A stretch of 20,000 nucleotides of DNA, taken from NCBI GenBank assembly GCA_052055015.1, contig JBQJIT010000014.1; one strand, given 5' to 3'. Numbering within the stretch: the stretch's first letter is position 1; each line of letters opens with the position of its first letter. This DNA comes from Malassezia furfur (taxonomy: Eukaryota). A program made the translations under genes and the position numbers. The notes below the pieces were generated by a model. That model had not been told where the DNA came from. It was given only the letters and a program-made list of their open reading frames with translations, and made no database searches. Positions 11,361 through 19,864 of the stretch are shown in pieces.

Positions 11361-12991
11361 ATGGTCAACATTCCCGGCGTGCTGGCCGTCGCCAGCGCGC
11401 TACGCCGTCCGGGGATCTTGCGACCGCACATCTCCGTGCATTGTAGGTTGCCCTCACTCACACAGCACTTGCTCAGGTCGACTGGAACAAGGTGTATGCG
11501 TCTGGCGTTCGTTTCCTCGTGTTCGACAAGGACAACTGCTTGGTACGCGCTGCGACTAATCCAGACCCGGCCGTACGATGATCACCTTGTCCCGGCGCTG
11601 CAGCACTCTTGGGAAGAATGCAAGCGCATCTTTGGCTCAGAAAATATCCTGCTGGTGAGCAACTCGGCCGGCACGCGGAGCGACCCGCACGGCATCGCTG
11701 CCGAGAACGTTTCAAGCGAGCTCGGGGTGCCGGTGCTGCTGCACGCGTCCAAGAAGCCGGGCAAGGCATGTGCCAAACAGATTGTCGACTACTTCGACGA
11801 AATGGTGCAGCGGGGGCGCCACCCAGATACCATCCCCCATGTCCTGGTTGTGGGAGACCGCACGACGACCGACGTGGTTTTGGCTTCGCGGATCGGACGC
11901 CTGCTCAGTGACGACGTCCGAGCGACGGACTCGGATACGGCAGTGAGCACCGATGATGCGCCCCGATTGCCCCTGTGCTCCTCTATGCTCACTACCCAGC
12001 TGTGGGCACCCGAGAAGCTGGGTACTCGCTTTATGCGTGGTACAGAGAACCGCGTCCTCAAAGCGCTCATTCGCTGCGGCATCCCTCCCGGAGGCGGATG
12101 GCGTACGCGTTCCCATTTTGTGTCCCCAGCGTGGCTGCAGGATCTGCCCGAGCCGGTGCCGGCAACGCCGCCGGAGCCTACGCCGCGATCCATCGTGCTT
12201 TCTGCTGTGGCTTCGTGCTTTCCGCCACGCCTAGTGCGTTTTCTGCGCTCTTTCGCGCGCATAGGTCTTCGCTTTATGCGGATCCGGCGCATCTCGCGCG
12301 GGATGCGCGCGCTCCGGTCGGGCTGGCGGATCATGGTGCAGGAGGTGTTCCGCACGGTGCGTAAGACCCGCACGGCCTCCTGGTCGCTCCTTACCAATGC
12401 ACCCACCGAAGGCTGGACGTCCACCTGGCGTACCCGTCGTCCGACCGTGTTTAAAGACGGCATGATTCCTCCTATGGGCTCGCTGCGGAGCGGGAAGCGT
12501 AGCCGCATGTTTTCTACGTGCACCGCTGCACAGGTAGCAGAGCGCGCGCCCCATGAGCGTCCAGTGCGTCGCCGCACGCCGCAAGAAGCGGCGTCGCATC
12601 TGCCGCCGTCGGAGCCGCCCATGCATACGCAGCGCACCAGTCTCTTTGGCATCGGATTGCGCCAGTGGCTCATGGCCCTGGCTGCGCTCATCATTCTTCC
12701 CACCGGCTTCATTGGCGGGATCAAATTGAACGATGCCATCACGCAGTGGAAAGGGGGCGACCTGTCCAACGAAGGGCATGCAGAGAACATGGAGGACTTT
12801 GCGACGCCGCGCGAACGCGACGCCATGGCCGCCGACATGGCCAACGACACGGCTGCCGAGACCTCTAAGAAAATACAAGAGTACGTCTTTCACACTAATC
12901 CAGATTGGAGCGCGACTACTTCTTCCTGAAGCGCGAGCGCGACGACGTCCAGCACAAGCTCGAGCGCCTACTCGCCCGCGATCGGGTGTGA
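11361..12991 (+). CDS. GEP4: Gep4-like phosphatidylglycerophosphatase (HAD) with a long C-terminal extension, about 520 aa; introns 11443-11465, 11543-11564, 12881-12903
   Basis: Spliced product has GVRFLVFDKDNCLT (HAD motif I), LLVSNSAGT, KKPG and VVGDRTTTDV, typical of Gep4. The frame stays open to a TM segment and a coiled-coil last exon (ELERDYFFLKRERDDVQHKLERL). Whether the 3' part belongs to the same gene is uncertain. Confidence 0.75.
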
Positions 12992-13055
12992 CCCGATGAG
13001 GATCGGGGCCGGGCCACATAGTTCCTCGATACCGCCCCGGGCGATCTCCACCAAC

Positions 13056-14055
13056 ATGATTCTGCTGGGTGCGGAGAACCTGTTGATCCGTGACCTGCTC
13101 ACCAGCCGGTTCGAAACGTAGGTTGTCGCACACTGATCCAGCCCTGCGGCGGTCGACCAGGTCTTCAGCGACTTTGATGGGGTCGCTTACCACATTGAGT
13201 CGACCAAGGAGGGCCCGTTGACCCTCTCGATGGACATTCGGTGCTGGCCGGAACTTGTGCAGCAGGGTGTCGAAGAGTCGCTGCACAACGTGTACGGTGG
13301 CTGGATCCGCAAGGGCGCTGAGCCGGGCTACAATGTCACGCTCGAGTTCAACTACCAGTCGATCCCTCCTCCGGGCGGTACGTGCGCATACTGACCCAGC
13401 CGATCGCGATGCCTTGATTCATACCGTGTCGTTGCTGAAGCGCAATGCGGTCGCCGCTCCATTTGAGCGTGCATTTGAACAACAGGCGCAGCTCGAGGCA
13501 CAGTACGACCCGTCTGGGCCGCCGCCGCCAGGCTCGTTGATTCCCATTCACTACCGCCCTGGCGAGGGAATCTACATTCTCCCCGCGCATGACCGTGTTA
13601 CGGTGGTGTTCAGCACACGCTTTGAGGAGGAGGCCGACCGCGTGTTTGGCAAGGTGTTCCTGCAGGAGTTCGTCGATGCACGGCGTCAGCCGTCAATCCA
13701 AAATGCGCCGCAGGTGCTGTACTCGTCGCGTGAGCCTCCGCTCGAGATTCGGAGCGTGCCTGGATTGCAGCGCGGTGAGGATACGGGCTACGTGACGTTT
13801 GTTCTGTTCCCGCGCCATTTCCAGCACCCGGACGTGCGCTACTCGACGATCTCGCATATCCAGCTTTTCCGGGATTACCTGCACTATCACAGTACGTCTT
13901 GCTGCGCTGACTCAGTCAAATGCTCCAAGGCCTATATGCACAGCCGAATGCGCTACCGTGTTTCCGAGTTCCTCAAGGTGCTCAACCGTGCGAAGCCCGA
14001 GCACGCCGAAAAACAGCGCAAGACGGCGAGCGGTCGGACGTTCCGCCAGGCTTAA
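13056..14055 (+). CDS. ARC35: Arp2/3 complex subunit 2 (p34-Arc), about 309 aa; introns 13118-13141, 13378-13399, 13892-13915
   Basis: MILL..., DFDGVAYHI, DRVTVVFSTRF, GKVFLQEFVDARR, NAPQVLYS, GYVTFVLFPRH; splicing restores [21 protein letters not shown]. Confidence 0.95.
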
Positions 14056-15224
14056 ATAGGGTCCCAGCCAAGCTCTGTCCATATGTACTCGCCCTCGTCT
14101 TGGCGCCCAAGACCCGAGCGTCGGGGTAGCGTGCGCTTTGACCGGGTGCGTAACACGTAGCCGTGGTACGGTGTCGCCTCGGCGTCAATGGCCGCGTCAA
14201 TGGTGCGGTATAGACCTGCCAGTCGCCCTGCGGAGCGCACCGGCACTAAGATGTGCGCGCGTGCGTAGGGGTCCGTGTCGGGCTGACGCAGCAGGTATTT
14301 GATCGCGGCGAGGAGCCATGTTGCGTGCATCGGATCATACACCACGTCAGCGGCCAGCAGAAGCGAGGCGCTCTGCGGCGGCGGCACACGGCATACCACG
14401 CCCTCTGCGGCCGCTTCGGGGTGTAGCAGGGCATGCAGCGCACGCCAATCCAATGCCTCGCATACAACACGAACATTGGGGGTCGGCTCGTTCAAGAGGT
14501 GGGTATCCAGGTTGTAGCGCAGATTGGTCATGACGTCGTCATGGTAGTCGGTGATGTAGACCTCCGAAGCAAAGTCGCGCAGCGCCATGAGCTTCACGGC
14601 AATCATCCCGACAATGCCTGTGCCTGCACCCAGCTCAATGATCGTGAATGGGTCCGTGCTCGGTGCCCGGCTTCCGTCCAGCGCAGGATGGAAGGTGCCA
14701 GGCTCAACCACGAGCAAATCACACATGATAACCGAGCTTGCGTACGTCTGCACACCGACGGCGGCCGCGGCTTCTTTCGCACCTTGTTGACTGTGCGAAT
14801 CGGAAGGCGGCAACGGGGCATCGCGTACGGTTAGCGACACCGTGGGCGTCGCTTGGTCCATGGGAAAGGCAAACTCACGCATAATTTCACCAGCTTCGAG
14901 AGCCGATGTGCACCCTGCCAGGAGCTGCGCGGCACGCTCCATCGCCGCTGTACGCTCTGCTCCCTCTTTGACCCAGGTAAGCTCTGAGGCGATCAGCCGT
15001 GTAAGCCAGTCCATTGCATATGCGCGTTCGGTGTGGTCCGCCGACGCGGCCTCCAGCGCGTCGCATAGCTCGGCGGGCCAGTCAGCGGGCCGCGGCGCAA
15101 ATAGGCACGACAGATATACGAGTGCATCTGCAATTGCCTCGATGCTGGGCTCGCGCCGCAGCCGTGGTAGCGCCGCCGTTGGGGCCAGGCGTGCCGCCTG
15201 CTCGGCCTGCGCCGGCACCACCAT
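14052..15224 (-). CDS. SAM-dependent protein methyltransferase, Methyltransf_16 family (METTL21/Efm2-like), 390 aa
   Basis: VGVQTYASS, motif I IIELGAGTGIVG, ITDYH, LDW and ADVVY (DxxY). Start placed at ATG 15224; the longer ORF-track extension is antisense to AGX1. Confidence 0.85.
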   Translation of the reverse strand: MVVPAQAEQAARLAPTAALPRLRREPSIEAIADALVYLSCLFAPRPADWPAELCDALEAASADHTERAYAMDWLTRLIASELTWVKEGAERTAAMERAAQLLAGCTSALEAGEIMREFAFPMDQATPTVSLTVRDAPLPPSDSHSQQGAKEAAAAVGVQTYASSVIMCDLLVVEPGTFHPALDGSRAPSTDPFTIIELGAGTGIVGMIAVKLMALRDFASEVYITDYHDDVMTNLRYNLDTHLLNEPTPNVRVVCEALDWRALHALLHPEAAAEGVVCRVPPPQSASLLLAADVVYDPMHATWLLAAIKYLLRQPDTDPYARAHILVPVRSAGRLAGLYRTIDAAIDAEATPYHGYVLRTRSKRTLPRRSGLGRQDEGEYIWTELGWDPI

Positions 15225-15281
15225 GCTTCGAAGTTTCTTATGTAAGCACGTGAAAGAGCGAGTGGCCCGTTCCTTGTTACA

Positions 15282-16454
15282 ATGACGTTTGAGCAGGCTC
15301 CTCACAAGCTGTTGATGATTCCCGGCCCTATTGAGGTCGCGGACGATGTACTGTACGCCAACGCGCACCCTGCTATGGCGCACGTTGCGCCGCAGTTCGT
15401 GCCCGTGTTCGGCGAGGTGCTCACGAACCTTCGCAAGGTGGTGAATGCGTCGAAGGATGCACAGCCCCTTGCGATTGCCGGCAGTGGCACGATGGGCTGG
15501 GACATGACGGCCCTGAACGTGCTCCAGCCTGGAGAGGAGGTGCTCGTACTCCAGACCGGCTACTTCTCGGACGGCTTTGCTGATGCGCTCAACGCCTACG
15601 GTGTGAAGACCACCAAGCTCGAGGCGCCGGTCGGCAAGCGCCCGACGATTGACGAGATCAAGAACGCGCTGAAGCAGAAGAAGTACCGTGCCGTGACCAT
15701 CACGCACGTCGACACCAGTACGGGTGTGCTGAGCGACGTCAAGGCGATCGGTGAGGCCGTCCGCGAGGTGAGCCCCGAGACGCTGGTGCTCCTCGACGCC
15801 GTCTGCAGTGTTGCTTCGGAGCAGCTGCGCTTCGACGAGTGGGGCGTGGACGTCCTGCTCACTGCATCGCAAAAGGGTCTTGGTTGCCCGCCCGGTATGT
15901 CGCTGATGGTGGTCAGCCCGCGCGCGCTCAAGGCATTTGAGTCGCGTTCGGCGCCGCCGGCGACCTACTACCTGAGCTGGAAGCACTGGATCCCCGTGAT
16001 GAAGGCGTACGAGGGTGGTTCGCCGGCCTATTTTGGCACGCCGCCCACGAACCTGATCTACGCGCTCAACCAGAGCCTCAAGACCATCCTCGAGGGTCCC
16101 GTGTCGCTGGAGCAGCGTCTTCAGAAGACCAAGGAGGCCTCGGACAAGGTCAAGAAGTTTGTCGCTGACATGGGCCTCAAGCAGCTCGTGGCGGAAGACC
16201 TGCAGCAGAGCAACGGTGCTGCGAACGGCATGACTGCCGTGCGCTTCCCTCCGGGTATGAAGGCGCCCGACCTGCTTCCCAAGGTGGCTGAACGTGGTGT
16301 GGTGTTCGGTGGTGGTATCCACAAGGAGTGCAAGGACGAGTACTTCCGCATCGGCCACATGGGTGTCTCGGTTGTTGACCCGTCGCGTAACGATATCGAC
16401 AAGCTGCTTTCTGCTCTCAAGGAGGCGCTTGCCGAGGCCGGTTACAAGCCTTGA
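15282..16454 (+). CDS. AGX1: Alanine-glyoxylate / serine-pyruvate aminotransferase (class V, PLP), paralogue A, 390 aa
   Basis: LLMIPGP, GSGTMGWD, THVDTSTGV, LDAVCS, TASQKGLG (PLP Lys198), YFGTPP, FRIGHMG. Intronless. Confidence 0.92.
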   Translation: MTFEQAPHKLLMIPGPIEVADDVLYANAHPAMAHVAPQFVPVFGEVLTNLRKVVNASKDAQPLAIAGSGTMGWDMTALNVLQPGEEVLVLQTGYFSDGFADALNAYGVKTTKLEAPVGKRPTIDEIKNALKQKKYRAVTITHVDTSTGVLSDVKAIGEAVREVSPETLVLLDAVCSVASEQLRFDEWGVDVLLTASQKGLGCPPGMSLMVVSPRALKAFESRSAPPATYYLSWKHWIPVMKAYEGGSPAYFGTPPTNLIYALNQSLKTILEGPVSLEQRLQKTKEASDKVKKFVADMGLKQLVAEDLQQSNGAANGMTAVRFPPGMKAPDLLPKVAERGVVFGGGIHKECKDEYFRIGHMGVSVVDPSRNDIDKLLSALKEALAEAGYKP

Positions 16455-16607
16455 CTAGAGCTTGAGGGTCGATTGGATTCGGCCTGGACGTATGTCACTG
16501 GCAAAAAAGAGCCAGCACTGGCATACATGGCGCGTTACTAGATAAATTGCATATCAACGACTAGGACAACGATTTTTTTGCACCTTGATTGACAATTTGG
16601 TAGGGAA

Positions 16608-16900
16608 TGCTCAGCGGGCTGTCAGTGGCTTGGTATGGTGGTTATAGATCCCCTTGATAGCGTGGTGCGCCACATACTCCGGCAGTGGTCTCGTGCGGGA
16701 CACCCCGCTCGCAAGCGCGGTGAGGTATGCACTACGCAACGTGAACACGACAGGGTCGGTCGACCGTTCAACGAGACGAAAATTCAACACCGAATATAGG
16801 CAGACGATTGGGAAAACCAATATACAAGATACAGACATCAGGCGTTGCACCGCTGTACACGCCCTCTTGGAATGACATCATCGTGGGGCTATTTTGAGCA
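16608..16900 (+). ncRNA. Candidate structured ncRNA (RNase MRP/P-like topology), unconfirmed
   Basis: Long-range complementarities 16608-14/16894-900, 16620-24/16873-77, 16644-53/16885-92 and 16687-93/16771-77, plus several hairpins, in the only large intergenic gap. Confidence 0.25.
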
Positions 16901-16924
16901 GAACAACTGCACATGTCTATACAT

Positions 16925-17448
16925 CTAAGCATTTCCCCGCTGCTGCAACGCTTTCTGGGTGAGCTACTCAACATACCACTTGCATCACCTCTCCAACAAC
17001 GCGCACATTGTCCTGCTTCCGATGAATGGTGTCTTGCAGCTGCTCCATGTTCTTGGTGACGTAGGCAATTTTGTCCTGGTAATGCTTTTTCGCATCGGCA
17101 CGCGACTTTTCCACAAAATAGCCCGTTCCGACATCGACAATCACCTTTTCCGGATCACTGAGGCGACCAGGAACATACAAAGACGATGTCAGGGGAAGCA
17201 ACGACACTTTGTCTGGACGGTGAGCCTGCGTGACCTACCTTGGTTTTCCGGGCCGATGCGCTCCACCGACTCGAGACAGCCTTGGAAGCGCGTCTGTGCG
17301 AGCTTCAGCTGACCAAACATGGTCGTGAACTGCTTGAGCTCAAGCTCAAGCTGCTTGCGCACATCGAGAAGCTGTGTAAGCGTGTCTTACCTACTTGCGG
17401 CACGTCCAAGTCGGTCACGTCGACCTGTTGCGGCTGTGTGGAGGTCAT
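16925..17448 (-). CDS. GIM5: Prefoldin subunit 5 (alpha type), about 150 aa; introns 17372-17394, 17213-17238, 16955-16976
   Basis: Spliced MTSTQPQQVDVTDLDVPQLLDVRKQLELE...LLPLTSSLYVPGRLSDPEKVIVDVGTGYFVEK...KALQQRGNA*. The PFDN5 signature is PLTSSLYVPG / VDVGTGYFVEK. Confidence 0.93.
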
Positions 17449-17495
17449 GGCCAAGAGTCACACTTTCGAAGCGACATGTGCCTTATCTCTCCACG

Positions 17496-18668
17496 ATGTC
17501 GTTTAAGCAGGCCCCGCACGATCTTTTGATGGTCCCTGGCTTCATCGAGTTTACCGATGAGGTACTATGGGCCAACGCACATCCAGCTGTGGGACTCATC
17601 TCGGACGAATTTGTCTCGGCGTTCGGCGAGGTGCTCGCCGGTCTCCGTAGGGTGATGTATGCCTCGAAGGACTCACAGCCGGTGGTGCTGTCGGGGAGCG
17701 GGAATATGGGCTGGGACTTGGCCACGCTGAATATTCTCGAACCCGGCGACGATGTGCTTGTGCTGCAAACGGGCCACTTCTCGGACCTCTGGGAAGACTC
17801 GCTCCTGCCGTACGGCATCAATGTGACGAAGCTGACGGCGCCTGTCGGCGAACGCCCTTCGATTGAGGAGATCAAAGAGGCGCTAAAGCAGAAAAAATAC
17901 CGCGCGATCACCATCACGCAGGTGGATACCAGTACAGGCGTATTGAGCGATGTAAAGACGATTTCTGCGGCGACCCACGAGGTGAGCCCGGAGACGTTGG
18001 TGTTTGTGGACGGCGTGTGCAGTGTGGGTGCCGAGGAGCTGCGTGTGGATGAGTGGGGCATCGACTTTGTACTGACAGCGCCGCAGCAGGGCCTCGGATG
18101 CCCGCCCGGTGTGTCAATCATCTTGATGGGCCCCCGTGCTCTAAAAGCGTTTGAGGAGCGCAAGGCGCCTGTCGAGTCCTACTTTTTGAGCTTGAAGCGC
18201 TGGATTCCGGTCATGCGGTCATTTGAGGGTGGAAAGCTTGCATTCCTTGCCACGCCGCCTACGAACCTCATTTTCGCCATGCAGGTGAGCCTCCGGAGCA
18301 TGCTGGACGGCCCTGTGTCGCTCGAGGAGCGCTTTGAAAAGACCAAACAGGCGTCCGCCAAGGTCAAGTCGTTTGTTGCCGAAATGGGCCTGCAGCAGCT
18401 CGTGTCCGAGGAGCTGCAGCGCACAAATGGTGCTGCAAACAGCATGACGACTGTACGCTACCCCAAGGGCATCACAGCCGCCGACATTGTTCCCAAGATG
18501 GCCGAGCGCGGCGTGGTGATCGGCGGGGGCATCCACAGTACATGCAAGGACGACTACTTCCGCATCGGCCACATTGGCGTGTCGGTCACCGACGAGTCCC
18601 GGGGCGATGTTGACAAGGTGCTGACGAACCTGCGCGAGGTGCTGGCCGGGGCGGGGTACAAGCCGTGA
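17496..18668 (+). CDS. AGX1-like paralogue B, 390 aa, lacking the catalytic PLP lysine (K198Q); probable pseudoenzyme
   Basis: Aligns without gaps to 15282-16454 (253/390 identical by my manual count, about 65%). TASQKG has become TAPQQG (codon 18087-18089 CAG). Confidence 0.9.
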   Translation: MSFKQAPHDLLMVPGFIEFTDEVLWANAHPAVGLISDEFVSAFGEVLAGLRRVMYASKDSQPVVLSGSGNMGWDLATLNILEPGDDVLVLQTGHFSDLWEDSLLPYGINVTKLTAPVGERPSIEEIKEALKQKKYRAITITQVDTSTGVLSDVKTISAATHEVSPETLVFVDGVCSVGAEELRVDEWGIDFVLTAPQQGLGCPPGVSIILMGPRALKAFEERKAPVESYFLSLKRWIPVMRSFEGGKLAFLATPPTNLIFAMQVSLRSMLDGPVSLEERFEKTKQASAKVKSFVAEMGLQQLVSEELQRTNGAANSMTTVRYPKGITAADIVPKMAERGVVIGGGIHSTCKDDYFRIGHIGVSVTDESRGDVDKVLTNLREVLAGAGYKP

Positions 18669-18687
18669 TGCTACCGTACATAGACTC

Positions 18688-19864
18688 CTACTTGGAGAAC
18701 ATCTTTGCATACGCGGCGCGCTGCTTGTCGAGGCGGGCCTTGCGGCGCTGCTCGACGGCCGCCTGCTCCTTGAGGATGCCTGCATCGTTCGGGGCATAGC
18801 GCAGTGCGTCGCTCAAGTCGGTCCTGGCCTCGTCGTCGCGCTTCATCGCCGAGCGCGCCAGCGCGCGGCGGAAGTGGGCCTTGGCGAGCTCGGCGGCGCT
18901 GGGTGCGTGCGCCTGGCCGGCGCGCTCGATGACGTGCGTAGCGAGCGACTCGGCGAGCGCGTTCTGCGACGTCTTGAGCGCACACAGCGCGCCGTTGAGT
19001 TGGAGCGGCGCGCGCATCGCCATGTATTCCTTCACGAGCTGGGCGTCGGTCGACTCGGGGAGCGCCGGGTTCACCATGAGGTAGCGCAGCGCCTTTTGGT
19101 ATTTCTCGAGTGCGAGTGCCCATTCTTGCTTGCCGACGAGGCCCGCGGCAAGGTTCTTAAGGTCGGTCGCGATGCGGAGTGCCTCCTGAGGCTTCTCTTC
19201 GAGGTCGACGTCGGCGTCCTCGGGGTAATTTTCGTAGCGGTCGCCGGTCGCGTCCGGCGCGATGCCGTAGTCAAAGTCGGGCGTCTCGAGTTGTTCGGAG
19301 GTGAACTCGCCGCAGTCGGCGATGGTGACCGTGTGCACCGGCACGTCGTTGGCGCCCGTGGGCGCCTGCTCGATGCGGCGCACGACGTCCTTGCCGCGGA
19401 GCACGCGGCCGAACACGACGTGCTTGCCATCGAGGTGCGGCGTGGGCACCGTAGTGATGAAGAACTGCGAGCCGTTGGTGTTGGGCCCTGCGTTAGCCAT
19501 GCTCAGCAGGAAGGGCACGTCGTGCTTCCCATCCAGCTTCTCGTCCTCAAACTTTTCGCCATAGATCGACTCACCACCGGTGCCGTTGCCGTTGGTAAAG
19601 TCGCCGCCCTGGATCATAAAGTGCGGGATGACGCGGTGGAAGGTGCTGCCCTTGTAGGTGAGCGGCTTGCCGGACACGGCGCTCGCGCCCTTCTCGCCCG
19701 TGCACAGCGCACGGAAGTTTTCGGCGGTCTTGGGCACCTTGTCTGCATACAGCTCGAGCACGATGCGGTTCTCGCCCGCACGCACTGGCGCGGGTGCGTC
19801 AGCGATCGCGATGTCAAGGTCTGCGTGAGTGTGCGCGCGACGTACAAACGACGGGGTTGGGCAT
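18688..19864 (-). CDS. CPR6: Cyclophilin-40 (PPIase + TPR, Hsp90 co-chaperone), about 383 aa; intron 19821-19845
   Basis: ATG 19864 plus a 25-nt intron gives MPNPVVYLDI. Motifs [60 protein letters not shown], then TPRs ([15 protein letters not shown]) ending YAKMFSK. Confidence 0.95.

Noticed and set aside
12103..12129. Possible 27-nt intron GTACGC...CCCAG in GEP4
   Set aside because: No CTNAY branch point, and being 3n it would not alter the read-through.
16611..16850. 79-aa minus-strand ORF in the large gap
   Set aside because: Non-ATG first codon, AT-rich codon usage unlike neighbours, no recognisable domain; a small spliced gene is not fully excluded.
1..17448. Apparent actin/endocytosis cluster (SLA2, arrestin, ARC35, GIM5)
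   Set aside because: Interspersed with unrelated housekeeping genes; chance is sufficient without synteny evidence.
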